Positions 1 to 8,766 of a DNA stretch of 20,179 bases are shown piece after piece. Source of the stretch: Candidatus Cloacimonadota bacterium (lineage in GTDB: Bacteria > Cloacimonadota > Cloacimonadia > Cloacimonadales > WRIO01); assembly GCA_029564175.1 (NCBI GenBank), contig JAKQQL010000132.1, positions 1 to 20,179 on the forward strand. Direction: 5' to 3'. Under the pieces are notes generated by a model. It was not told where the DNA came from, made no database searches, and was given only the letters and a program-made list of their open reading frames with translations. How positions within the stretch are numbered: position 1 is the first letter of the stretch; every line of letters starts with the position of its first letter. Made by a program: the position numbers and the translations under genes.

Positions 1-13
1 GCCTCCTTTTTTT
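1..13 (-). promoter_or_regulatory. Shine-Dalgarno-like site of a divergent gene starting just left of the window
   Basis: gcctcctttt reads AAAAGGAGGC on the - strand at the window edge; the gene itself is outside the window. Confidence 0.45.
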
Positions 14-186
14 ATTCCCTTTAAAGATGCTAACTCTTAAGAATGCGATAAAGAAAGAAAGAAAAGCCCTATCTGGATTTTGTTAAACAGATAAAACATC
101 TAATATCAATGATAGTAGTTGACAAAATATGATTCCAATAAATCTATAAATCACTATAATTATTTTTTTAAAAAGATGAGGTTAAC

Positions 187-1713
187 ATGATAATAACAAA
201 AAATCTACTGAGAATTGTTCGTACAAAAAACTTAAGTTTTCCATCTAACTGGCAATTCAAACCCAGAAATAATACGTTTCTGCTATTAAAAATCATAATA
301 TTGATATTCAGCGCCTTACTAAGTTCATGTGTTACATTAAAGCCTGAAAAACCAATGATGGTTGAAAAGATCAATCCAGCTGAAAATATTGTATCTTCCA
401 CGATTAATATACCGGTAAAACTGAATGTAAAAAAGTTTGAAAGCCTAATTAACAGCAATATTCCCAATGTACTTGTTTCTGAACCTAACATTGATGCTGG
501 TCATGGCATTACAATGCAATTGGAAGTGAAAAGAGATGGCTTAATTACTCTGGATACCAGCAATGGGAAAATCAATACAACAATTCCGATTTATATCAAA
601 GGTCGGGTTAACTGGAAATCAGAAGCAAATGTGGATCAAAAAATAGGATCAGTAAAACTGGCTTTTAATGTTTACAAAGTAGATCATCATGAAGATTTCG
701 ATGCTAAGATAATTTTGAAAACGTCAACAATGTTTAATATAGACAAAAACTGGAATATAAAGACGATTACAGATTCGGATTTTCAATTGAATAAAGCCCC
801 ATCAATCGATATATTAGGTTTTAAGATTACTTTTGCCAAAATTGCCAGTGATAATATAAAAAGTCAATTACCCCTCATAAATAGTACGATTGACAGTCAG
901 ATAAAAGGTCTCTGTGATTTAAGAAAAGAAGCGAATAATTACTGGAATCTAATCAAAGCGCCTGTCTTGCTATCAGAGCAACCTGTTAAAATATGGGCAA
1001 TGTTTGAACCAGAATCTTTTAATTTTGCATTACCAGTCTCAACTGATAATAAAACACTCTTGCTTAATCTCTCTTTAGTCTCAAAGATAAGAACTTATAT
1101 CGGTGACAATCCGCCCGTTCCAAAAAATGGAAACCTTATCCCTTTGAAAAATGAAAAATCCAGTAAGAATGATTTTAATTTAAATTTACCAGTATATGTT
1201 GAGATGAAGGCTTTAGAAAAAATTGCCAGGGACAATGTTGTAAATCAGGAATTTGACATTCCGGGTACTGACAGAAAAGTGCTGATAAAAGGCTTAAGTT
1301 TATATGGCATGGGAGATATTGTAGTTTGCAAGGTCAATATAGAATCCAAAAAGACCAAAGGTGATATTTATCTGACCAGTAAGGTCGCTTATAATCCGGA
1401 GACAAAAATTGTCTATGTTAAAGACTTGGATTTTGATGTAAATACCAGCAATCTACTTTATAATAAGGCTTCCTGGCTAGTCAATAAATTATTCCTTTCC
1501 TATATCGAGAAGAACCTGAGTTATAATGCCTCAGATATTCTTGAGAAGTCAAGAGTTGAAACAGAAAAAGCAATTAATAATGTAAAAGTAAATGAGTTGG
1601 TTAAAATCAACGGTCAAATTAAACAACTATCCGTTGAAAATATCAGCACAGAAACTGATTTTTTAAAAATTAATACGAATATTACCGGTAATTTAAGTAT
1701 AGAAGTGAAGTAA
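187..1713 (+). CDS. DUF4403-like putative lipoprotein
   Basis: 508 aa ORF with GAGG 5 nt before ATG. Hydrophobic stretch then lipobox LSS-C48. Segments LKPEKP...STINIPVKLN...ESLIN and GDIYLTSKVAYNPETKIVYVKDLDFDVNT resemble DUF4403 proteins (from memory). Confidence 0.65.
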   Translation: MIITKNLLRIVRTKNLSFPSNWQFKPRNNTFLLLKIIILIFSALLSSCVTLKPEKPMMVEKINPAENIVSSTINIPVKLNVKKFESLINSNIPNVLVSEPNIDAGHGITMQLEVKRDGLITLDTSNGKINTTIPIYIKGRVNWKSEANVDQKIGSVKLAFNVYKVDHHEDFDAKIILKTSTMFNIDKNWNIKTITDSDFQLNKAPSIDILGFKITFAKIASDNIKSQLPLINSTIDSQIKGLCDLRKEANNYWNLIKAPVLLSEQPVKIWAMFEPESFNFALPVSTDNKTLLLNLSLVSKIRTYIGDNPPVPKNGNLIPLKNEKSSKNDFNLNLPVYVEMKALEKIARDNVVNQEFDIPGTDRKVLIKGLSLYGMGDIVVCKVNIESKKTKGDIYLTSKVAYNPETKIVYVKDLDFDVNTSNLLYNKASWLVNKLFLSYIEKNLSYNASDILEKSRVETEKAINNVKVNELVKINGQIKQLSVENISTETDFLKINTNITGNLSIEVK

Positions 1714-1832
1714 TATTTGGAGAGTTGTAAGTCGGTTTCTTTAATAGTACACCGAGCACATTTCTTTCAGCTGAAATCTGCTACTTTAAATATCTTGTTT
1801 GCAGAAAAAAGAGCTAAAAGGATGTTTGTATT

Positions 1833-1866
1833 AAAAAAAGCCTTTCCCGAAGGAAAGGCTTTTTTT
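1833..1866. terminator. Bidirectional rho-independent terminator
   Basis: A7-GCCTTTCC-cgaa-GGAAAGGC-T7 is a perfect inverted repeat between convergent genes; the - strand loop is C(UUCG)G. Confidence 0.93.
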
Positions 1867-1881
1867 CATATTGAGGGATAA

Positions 1882-2961
1882 TTATCCGTTTCTTTTTTCG
1901 AAATCTACCATAAAATCAGCTAAAGCTTTTGCTGCTTCGAGTGGTAATGCATTATAAGTAGAAGCACGGCATCCGCCAACTGAACGATGACCTTTTAAGC
2001 CAATCATATTCAGTTTTTTAGCTTCAGCGATGAATTTATCTTCAAGTTCTTCGCTTGGCAGTCTGAAGGTAATATTCATTAATGAACGGTCTTCTTTTTC
2101 AACTGTTCCGCGATAGAAGTTACTTGCATCGATCACATCATAAACAAAAGCTGCTTTTTTCTGGTTGTTCAACAATACGTTTTCTAAACCTTGATTTTCA
2201 ATCCATTTTAAAACCAGACCAATTACATAAACTGGGAATGCAGGAGGCGTATTGAACATTGAATCTTTTTCAATGTGGGTCTTATAGGAAAGCATTGTAC
2301 CCATTCCTTTATTCATCTTATCCATCAGGTCTTTACGAATGATAACCGCTGTAGCACCGGCAGGACCAATGTTTTTCTGAGCACCTGCATAGATCAGACC
2401 ATATTTGTTACCATCTACAGGACGGCTTAAAAAGTCTGATGACATATCAGAAATTAAAAGTACATCTTTTGGTACTTCAAGATCTTTGTGATATTCAGTA
2501 CCAAAAATAGTATTATTGGTAGTATAGTGTAAATAAGCAGGATTTTCTGAAAGAGTAAAAGTTTTTGGTAAGTAACTGAAATTTTTATCTTCAGATGTTG
2601 CCGCTAAATGTGCTTTTTTACCAATTTTTACCGCTTCTTTGTAAGCTTTTCCAGCCCATTCGCCAGTGTTAATGTAGTTACCAATTTTGTCATCAGGGCA
2701 AAGATTGGTTGGAATCATTAAGAATTGAGTGCTTGCACCACCACCGAGGAATAAAACAGCATAATCATCACCAACATTGAGTAATCTTTTCATGCTGGCA
2801 ATTGCATCATCAAAGATTTCCTGATAATCTTTAGAACGATGGCTCATTTCCATAACGGATAAGCCTTTTCCTTTGTAGTCCACTAAGTCTTTCTGAACTT
2901 CCTGTAAAACCTCTAAAGGTAATACTGCAGGACCTGCGCTGAAATTATGAACACGTGTCAT
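1882..2961 (-). CDS. serC: Phosphoserine aminotransferase
   Basis: HNFSAGPAVLP, EMSHRS, SDMSS, PLP-lysine motif YAGAQKNIGPAG, SMFNTPP, GLKGHRSVGGCRAS. Start moved from the GTG at 3000 to the ATG at 2961 because GGAGG lies at 2971-2967. Confidence 0.96.
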   Translation of the reverse strand: MTRVHNFSAGPAVLPLEVLQEVQKDLVDYKGKGLSVMEMSHRSKDYQEIFDDAIASMKRLLNVGDDYAVLFLGGGASTQFLMIPTNLCPDDKIGNYINTGEWAGKAYKEAVKIGKKAHLAATSEDKNFSYLPKTFTLSENPAYLHYTTNNTIFGTEYHKDLEVPKDVLLISDMSSDFLSRPVDGNKYGLIYAGAQKNIGPAGATAVIIRKDLMDKMNKGMGTMLSYKTHIEKDSMFNTPPAFPVYVIGLVLKWIENQGLENVLLNNQKKAAFVYDVIDASNFYRGTVEKEDRSLMNITFRLPSEELEDKFIAEAKKLNMIGLKGHRSVGGCRASTYNALPLEAAKALADFMVDFEKRNG

Positions 2962-2990
2962 AAAATCCTCCAAAATATTCTTTTGAGCAA

Positions 2991-3019
2991 CTTTTATCAC
3001 AATGCAGTTTTTCTGGCAA
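2991..3019 (-). promoter_or_regulatory. Putative sigma70-type promoter of serC
   Basis: TTGCCA (3019-3014), 17 nt spacer ending in TG-a, then TAAAAG (2996-2991): extended -10-like arrangement 30 nt before the ATG. Confidence 0.45.
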
Positions 3020-3798
3020 GCTTTTTTTTAAATATTTTTCACTTTTGCCTTATTTGTTGTATCACAGAGGATTAAGCACTTCATATTTTCCCTTAGATTT
3101 GCATGTTATCAAATTTGCATCCACTAAAGAATATGTTGCTAAATAATCTAAAGCATTACGTTATATTGTCTTATAACAGTTAATTTAAAATTTAGCAGAA
3201 GCCTGAAAATTACACATAGTTACCAAACTTAAGTAAAAACTATTTTGCTGTAAATCCAGTGCTTAACCAGATTATTCAATTGATTCAAAACATAAAATTG
3301 AGAACAGAATTTACTTCAAATTCTGAGTATATCATCATTGACCTGCAGATAAACCGAGAAAAAGGGTTATTAGCAATGACATAAAATCGGCATGGTCATA
3401 TATAGGTTCTTCTTTCTTTCCGCTTTCATTCCCCTTATACATCTCTTTAATAAGGCTTAAATCTTTGATCTTTGTAGAAAGTGTTGAGAGGTTTTCCCTC
3501 TGTTGTAAATTGACTTTTCTACAGGATAGATAAGAGAATTATTCGATATTACAATTACTTTATTCTTTGATTGGAGATAGACAGAAGCAGAAAGAATTCC
3601 TTCTAAGCCATTGGCACATCAACAGTTATCAGCCAAGATAATCAGTACTACAAGAAACATACAAGCATCAAACAAGGTTACAACACAGAAATTCTGCCTT
3701 ATTGAATTTATTGAATTCGCAATGCACTGAACAAAATGTAATAAAACAAAGAAGGATTAACCTGACGAAAACCATTTTTCATTCTGTACTGGCTCATT

Positions 3799-3838
3799 TT
3801 GACAATATTTAAAAAAAAAATCAAAATATTGCTTGACG
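3799..3838 (+). promoter_or_regulatory. Putative promoter region of the sdpR-like operon
   Basis: TTGACA (3799-3804), 17 nt, CAAAAT (3822-3827); a second -35-like TTGACG at 3833-3838 whose -10 region would overlap the operator. Confidence 0.4.
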
Positions 3839-3854
3839 ATAGAAGTGTACTTAA

Positions 3855-3878
3855 TTATTTAGGTAATTAGCTAAATAA
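3855..3878. promoter_or_regulatory. Palindromic operator, probably for the adjacent ArsR/SdpR repressor
   Basis: TTATTTAG-g-TAATTA-g-CTAAATAA: 24 bp palindrome with one mismatched pair, directly before the GAGGT RBS. ArsR-family repressors usually autoregulate at such sites. Confidence 0.75.
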
Positions 3879-3890
3879 ACGAGGTAATAA

Positions 3891-4163
3891 ATGAATGATT
3901 CTTTTTTTAAAGCTATTGCCGATGCAAACCGCCGAAAAATCCTACAAATACTCAGAGAACACGAAACACTCTCTGCAGGTGAAATCGCTCAAAACTTTGA
4001 TATCAGCAAGCCTTCACTCAGTGACCATTTAAAAATCTTAAAAAATGCTGACCTGATTTTTTCTGAGAAGAAAGGTCAGTACATATATTACTCATTAAAC
4101 ACAAGTGTCTTTCAGGATGTACTATCCTGGGTCATGACACTCATAAAACAGGAGGAAAAATGA
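3891..4163 (+). CDS. sdpR: ArsR/SmtB-family winged-helix repressor, SdpR-like
   Basis: FKAIADANRRKILQIL...LSAGEIAQNFDISKPSLSDHLKILKNADLI..EKKGQYIYYSLNTSVFQD; no cysteines; ATGA overlap with an sdpI homolog. Confidence 0.85.
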   Translation: MNDSFFKAIADANRRKILQILREHETLSAGEIAQNFDISKPSLSDHLKILKNADLIFSEKKGQYIYYSLNTSVFQDVLSWVMTLIKQEEK

Positions 4164-4822
4164 AAAATCTCACACACTTCAAGTATGGATTAATCATCAT
4201 ATTAATTCATTTAGCCGGAATTCTCTATTTCTCAGTCAGTTTAAGTTCTGATACAATGATTCCAACTCACTGGAATTTTCAGGGTAATATTGATAACTAT
4301 GCAGGCAAATGGCATGGCATTTTGACCGGCTTTCTCATCAATCTCAGCCTTTTTGTATTCTTTTTAGCATTTCCATTCATCAGCCCAAAATATGAGAAGA
4401 ATAAAGAACGTTACAAAAGCGTTATACCTGCCTTAATGACGGTGATGCTTTCTTTCTTTGCACTTATTCATATATACTCACTGTGGCTTAGCCAACATAG
4501 TACCGTCTCAGGAAAAATTGAATATATGTTTTTATTGATTGGAGCTGTCATCATCTTTTCTGGTAATCTGATGCCAAAAACACCCAGAAACTATTTTATT
4601 GGAATCAAAACACCTTGGACTTTATCCAGTGAAACGATATGGAATAAAACACATCGTTTTGGAGGTAAGACATTTGTGATAGCCGGAATTGCTCTGATGA
4701 CAAAAAGTTTTTGGCTTGACAAAATGTTATTTCAGGGAACAATGACAGCTATAGCGATTCTGATGTTTATACTACCTGTTATATACTCATTTCTGTTGTT
4801 TTTCAATCAAAAAAGAGCTTGA
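4160..4822 (+). CDS. sdpI: SdpI-family immunity/membrane protein with N-terminal DUF1648-like region
   Basis: About six hydrophobic helices; IPTHWNFQGNIDNY and GNLMPKTPRNYFIGIKTPWTLSSETIWNKTHRFGG; GGAGG RBS. Confidence 0.88.
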   Translation: MKNLTHFKYGLIIILIHLAGILYFSVSLSSDTMIPTHWNFQGNIDNYAGKWHGILTGFLINLSLFVFFLAFPFISPKYEKNKERYKSVIPALMTVMLSFFALIHIYSLWLSQHSTVSGKIEYMFLLIGAVIIFSGNLMPKTPRNYFIGIKTPWTLSSETIWNKTHRFGGKTFVIAGIALMTKSFWLDKMLFQGTMTAIAILMFILPVIYSFLLFFNQKRA

Positions 4823-4837
4823 ATATAAGGAGTTTAG

Positions 4838-5524
4838 ATGAAAACAAGAAACAAACTCATAATACTTGTATTTTCTGTCCTAGCTGTTTTACTGATCATG
4901 TTTACCAGCTTACTGTATTACATTTCAACTCCAACAAAAGGCAAAATGATCAATGCCTATCAAAAACCGAAAAAAGCCTTACTGGTAATTGATACACAGG
5001 AAGATTTTATTGGAAATCACAACAAGATGAATAATCAGTATAAAAATGTTGATGAAACAATGGAGCGTATAAATCTCATACAGAAAAGAGCTCAGTTCTC
5101 TGGAATACCTGTCATATATATCAGACAGGAGTTTAGCGGAATAATGGGTAAAACGGTTTCAAAGCTTTTTATGAAAGGGGCAGCAATAAAAGGTAATCCG
5201 GGTGCCTTAATGGATAAGCGTCTCAATATTGTAAATGATATTGAATTTACAAAAAACAGAGGAGATGCCTTTTCAAATCCAGATTTAGATCAATGGTTAA
5301 CTGAAAATGAAATTAGTGAGCTTTTTTTATGTGGTCTGGATGGAGAATACTGTGTACATTCCACAGCTAAAGGGGCTTTAAACAGAGGTTATAAAGTAAA
5401 TATTTTTGTCGATGGAATCATGTTAGGAAAGCCAGAAAACTTTAATCAGTTGATTCAAAAATATTATGATGAAGGTATTTCATTATATAATTCAAATATG
5501 ATTAAGATAAGCAGTAAAAACTAA
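4838..5524 (+). CDS. Isochorismatase-family cysteine hydrolase with N-terminal membrane anchor or signal
   Basis: Catalytic triad motifs ALLVIDTQEDF (D), FTKNRGDAFSN (K), GLDGEYCVHSTAKGA (C); hydrophobic residues about 7-29; AAGGAG RBS. Confidence 0.88.
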   Translation: MKTRNKLIILVFSVLAVLLIMFTSLLYYISTPTKGKMINAYQKPKKALLVIDTQEDFIGNHNKMNNQYKNVDETMERINLIQKRAQFSGIPVIYIRQEFSGIMGKTVSKLFMKGAAIKGNPGALMDKRLNIVNDIEFTKNRGDAFSNPDLDQWLTENEISELFLCGLDGEYCVHSTAKGALNRGYKVNIFVDGIMLGKPENFNQLIQKYYDEGISLYNSNMIKISSKN

Positions 5525-5547
5525 GTTATCGATACTTTGGAGGATCA

Positions 5548-6288
5548 ATGTCAGACATATATCAGCAAATCACTCAGATATGTACTCAGCTTATCACAGA
5601 AAATAATGTAAAAACTGTTTTGGATTATGGATGCGGAAAAGGTCATTTACTGGAACTTCTCCAGAGTAAAAATCCCGACGTTCAGTTTTTTGGAACAGAC
5701 TACTTCAGAAAATACGATATTAAACTAGTAAATAATAATTCAATACAGTTTATTGATCGGGAAGATATTGACAATTCATTCAGTAATCACTCTTTTGATT
5801 TAATTGTTTCAACCTTTGCCCTTCATCATTTTCAATATCCGGTATCGGAACTCCAGAAAATTTATGCCTTTCTTACCAACAATGGTCATTTTATCATGTT
5901 TGACCATCAGATTGTTTTAGACAGTCATGCAAAAATCGTAAAAACCGTATCTTCACTGATTGGAGAGATTGAAGGCTGTCTTAAAAAGTCTTATCACCGG
6001 CATCATTATACAATCGAAGAAGCCAAAGATTTGTTTAAGGCAATCCCCGCTAGCATTGTAGCCGTTGTTGATTTAAAAGATTCTATCGATGCTGAAGAAA
6101 TGCTTGAGGATCAAAAGGATAAACTGGAACGAAACAGAAAAATACAGCAAATGGTCAGTCAAAACTCATCAGATTTTATGAAAAGTATTTGGTTGCCTTT
6201 ATATCAACTGGAAGAAAAGCTAATTGAATCCTACCAGATTGATTTCACAGATGTATTTTACATTCTGGCAAAAAAAACGAGCAAATGA
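5548..6288 (+). CDS. Class I SAM-dependent methyltransferase
   Basis: Motif I VLDYGCGKG, FFGTD, SFDLIVSTFALHH, LTNNGHFIMFD; GGAGG RBS. Confidence 0.88.
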   Translation: MSDIYQQITQICTQLITENNVKTVLDYGCGKGHLLELLQSKNPDVQFFGTDYFRKYDIKLVNNNSIQFIDREDIDNSFSNHSFDLIVSTFALHHFQYPVSELQKIYAFLTNNGHFIMFDHQIVLDSHAKIVKTVSSLIGEIEGCLKKSYHRHHYTIEEAKDLFKAIPASIVAVVDLKDSIDAEEMLEDQKDKLERNRKIQQMVSQNSSDFMKSIWLPLYQLEEKLIESYQIDFTDVFYILAKKTSK

Positions 6289-7148
6289 GAAAGACTGAAA
6301 TCCATTGCAATTCGGCTTTAAACAAACTCAAACGAAAAATTCCCTATGAATGGGATTTGAATATTTACAGAGGGTGTCAGCATGGCTGTGTGTACTGTTA
6401 TGCAATCTATTCCCATGAATATTTGGGCTCTGCATCTTATTTCAATGATATCTATATAAAAACAAACATCGTAGAAGAACTGGAAAAAGAATTGTCCCAT
6501 CCCTCATGGCAACGTTCAGTTATTAATATTGGAGGTGTAACTGATAGTTACCAACCATTAGAGTCTGAATATCAATTTATGCCGGACATTTTAAAATTGC
6601 TCATCAAATATAAAACCCCTGCGATTATTTCAACCAAGTCTGAGTTGGTGTTACGGGATTATGATTTAATCGATAAATTGTCTCAAATTACTTATGTCAA
6701 TATTGCAGAAACGATTACAGTATTAAATGAGTCAATCCGAAAAGTGATCGAACCAAACGGCGCAGAAAGCAAAAGACGTTTTGAAGTATTACGGGCTTTT
6801 CGTAAAACAAACTGCTCTGTTGGCTTACATTTAATGCCTGTTATTCCGTATCTTTCTGATTCAAAAGAAAATCTGGAACAGATTTTCTCTCTGGCTAAAG
6901 ATGTCGATGTTCATTATTTACTACCAGGCACTTTATATTTGAGAGGAAAATCCAGAGGTTCGTTTTTTAATTGTATTAAAGAAAATTTTCCAGATCAGTA
7001 TCAAGCGCTGCTATCACTGTACAAAACAGGAGGAGCAGATAAAGATTACAAAGAGAAACTTTACCAGACAATCAATTCATTAAGAGTGAAGTATGGCGTA
7101 AGTCCATCATACTCAAAGGTGATGAAAGATAAAATGCATAAAGATTAA
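6285..7148 (+). CDS. Radical SAM protein, spore-photoproduct-lyase-like family
   Basis: LNIYRGCQHGCVYCYA (CxxxCxxC), GGVTDSYQPLE, ISTKSELVLRDYDL, IEPNG, LMPVIPYLSD; ATGA overlap with the preceding gene. Confidence 0.88.
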   Translation: MRKTEIHCNSALNKLKRKIPYEWDLNIYRGCQHGCVYCYAIYSHEYLGSASYFNDIYIKTNIVEELEKELSHPSWQRSVINIGGVTDSYQPLESEYQFMPDILKLLIKYKTPAIISTKSELVLRDYDLIDKLSQITYVNIAETITVLNESIRKVIEPNGAESKRRFEVLRAFRKTNCSVGLHLMPVIPYLSDSKENLEQIFSLAKDVDVHYLLPGTLYLRGKSRGSFFNCIKENFPDQYQALLSLYKTGGADKDYKEKLYQTINSLRVKYGVSPSYSKVMKDKMHKD

Positions 7149-7173
7149 TAAATACTTTTACGAGGTGATAATG

Positions 7174-7809
7174 ATGATAAATATCAGAAACGAAGAAGAA
7201 AAAGATTATCGTATTGTAGAAGAACTTACCAGAGAAGCATTCTGGAACCTGCATTTTCCAGGCTGTGATGAGCATTATTTAGTTAACCAGATGAGAGCAC
7301 ATAAAGATTTTATTCGTGAAATGGCTTTTGTTGCTGAAGTAAATGGCCAGATAGTTGGGAATATTATGTACACCAGGTCATATATTATCAATAGTAAAGG
7401 GGAAAAAGCAGAAACACTTACGTTTGGACCGCTGTCAGTATTGCCTTCATTTCAGAGACAAAGTATAGGAACAGCTTTGATTAACCATACAGTAAGCCTT
7501 GCTCAGGCAAGAAATGTAGCAGCGGTTATCATTTATGGTAATCCGGCAAATTATGTAAAACATGGTTTTAAAAACGGCATAGACTGGCATGTTTCTGACA
7601 TGAGTGGTAAATATCCCATTGGTCTGCTAGTGCTTTCATTAAAAGACGATATATTGCTTTCTGAGACCTGGAAATTTCATTGTTCTGATGTTTATGATAT
7701 AAGACCTGAAGAAATTGATGAATTTGATAAGACCTTTTCTCATAAGGAAAAATCATATCAGTATTCACAAACACTTTTTTCAATGATGATTAGGGCATTT
7801 CTAGTGTAA
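7174..7809 (+). CDS. GNAT-family N-acetyltransferase (YhbS-like)
   Basis: TREAFWNLHFPGCDEHYL, FVAEVNGQIVGNI, GPLSVLPSFQRQSIGTALI, YVKHGF. The ORF-track GTG at 7165 sits inside the GAGGTG RBS, so the ATG at 7171 or 7174 is the likelier start. Confidence 0.88.
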   Translation: MINIRNEEEKDYRIVEELTREAFWNLHFPGCDEHYLVNQMRAHKDFIREMAFVAEVNGQIVGNIMYTRSYIINSKGEKAETLTFGPLSVLPSFQRQSIGTALINHTVSLAQARNVAAVIIYGNPANYVKHGFKNGIDWHVSDMSGKYPIGLLVLSLKDDILLSETWKFHCSDVYDIRPEEIDEFDKTFSHKEKSYQYSQTLFSMMIRAFLV

Positions 7810-7826
7810 TTTTAAGAAGGTATAGT

Positions 7827-8726
7827 TTGAAAATACTTCATATTATCAGTCAATGGATGGGAGAACTTCTGATTCTTGCGATTGTGACAGGTTATTTCCT
7901 GCCTTTTTTAGGCATATTTAAACCGATTGTCTCCTGGTTGTTGATGTTTCTGTTATTTAGCAGTTTTCTAAGTCTTGACTTTAAATTGAGTCGTTTTGTA
8001 AGAGCTGAGCTGTTATTATTCCCAGTACTCAACTGGCTGATTATGCCATTACTGATATTCTATTGCACTCAGTTTTTAAGTATGGATTACCGGATTGGGC
8101 TCTTTCTGATTATAATTACACCTCCAGCTTTGGGTTCACCGATTATTGTTCGCCTGGCGAAAGGAGATTTGTCTTTTGCTGTCTCTAATGTAGTCTTGTT
8201 TAACATTTTATCCCCTGTTGTATATGCCATATTACCAAAATTCTTTTTTGGAGGATTATCCAATATGGTATCTCCTATCAGTATTTTTTTGGATGTTGCG
8301 CTTTACATTTTTATTCCATTAGTGCTTGCACTTTTGTTAAAGAGAATGAAAAATGTTAGAAATTTTGTATTGAATCAGATAGATCCCTTTAAAGGAATCA
8401 TTCAGTTGTTTATGATAGCAGTGGTCATTGCCTCTTCCAGAAAGAAAATAGATGAGGTCCCTATTGAAGAAGCACTTATAATCTTCTCAATGACACTGAT
8501 AATCTCATTTTTAATGTATCTGATTGCGTATTTGGTCTGCCGAAAAGACAAAGTAATGCAAATGACATGTCCGATCAGTACAGGTCATAAGAATACACTA
8601 TTGTCGATTGTAACCTGTTTGAGCAATTTTAGCCCTATAGTCGCAATTCCTTCTATCTTCTACATCGTTTCTCATCATGTATGGAATGGAATCATTATAT
8701 TTCTAAGTAAAAGACAAAAGGCTTGA
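7827..8726 (+). CDS. Bile acid:sodium symporter (BASS/SBF)-like membrane transporter
   Basis: About 9-10 TM segments; IGLFLIIITPPALGSPIIVRLAKGD and ISTGHKNTLL match the SBF crossover motifs; TTG start after AGAAGG. Confidence 0.72.
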   Translation: MKILHIISQWMGELLILAIVTGYFLPFLGIFKPIVSWLLMFLLFSSFLSLDFKLSRFVRAELLLFPVLNWLIMPLLIFYCTQFLSMDYRIGLFLIIITPPALGSPIIVRLAKGDLSFAVSNVVLFNILSPVVYAILPKFFFGGLSNMVSPISIFLDVALYIFIPLVLALLLKRMKNVRNFVLNQIDPFKGIIQLFMIAVVIASSRKKIDEVPIEEALIIFSMTLIISFLMYLIAYLVCRKDKVMQMTCPISTGHKNTLLSIVTCLSNFSPIVAIPSIFYIVSHHVWNGIIIFLSKRQKA

Positions 8727-8766
8727 ATTGCATAGTGATACCAGCAGGAAGCTGTCGTGTGATTAG

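Noticed and set aside
168..491. 107 aa - strand ORF
   Set aside because: Antisense shadow of the DUF4403-like gene; no RBS or recognisable motif.
3305..3325. CAGAATTT-acttc-AAATTCTG inverted repeat, with a similar CAGAAATTCTG near 3686
   Set aside because: Short and AT-rich, with no associated gene end or promoter; not distinguishable from chance.
3220..3384. Short open frame on + (VLNQIIQLIQNIKLRTEF...AMT) in the long intergenic region
   Set aside because: About 41 aa from a GTG with no SD and no recognisable motif; expected by chance.
6318..7783. Small - strand ORFs 6318-6500, 7072-7275, 7568-7783
   Set aside because: Antisense to well-supported radical SAM and GNAT genes.
4823..7826. 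Possible integron cassette array (run of small accessory genes)
   Set aside because: Spacers are 23 bp or less or overlapping; no attC-like inverted repeats and no integrase.
8727..8766. Possible terminator between the convergent BASS and MATE genes
   Set aside because: Only a 4 bp CAGC/GCTG stem and no U-tract.
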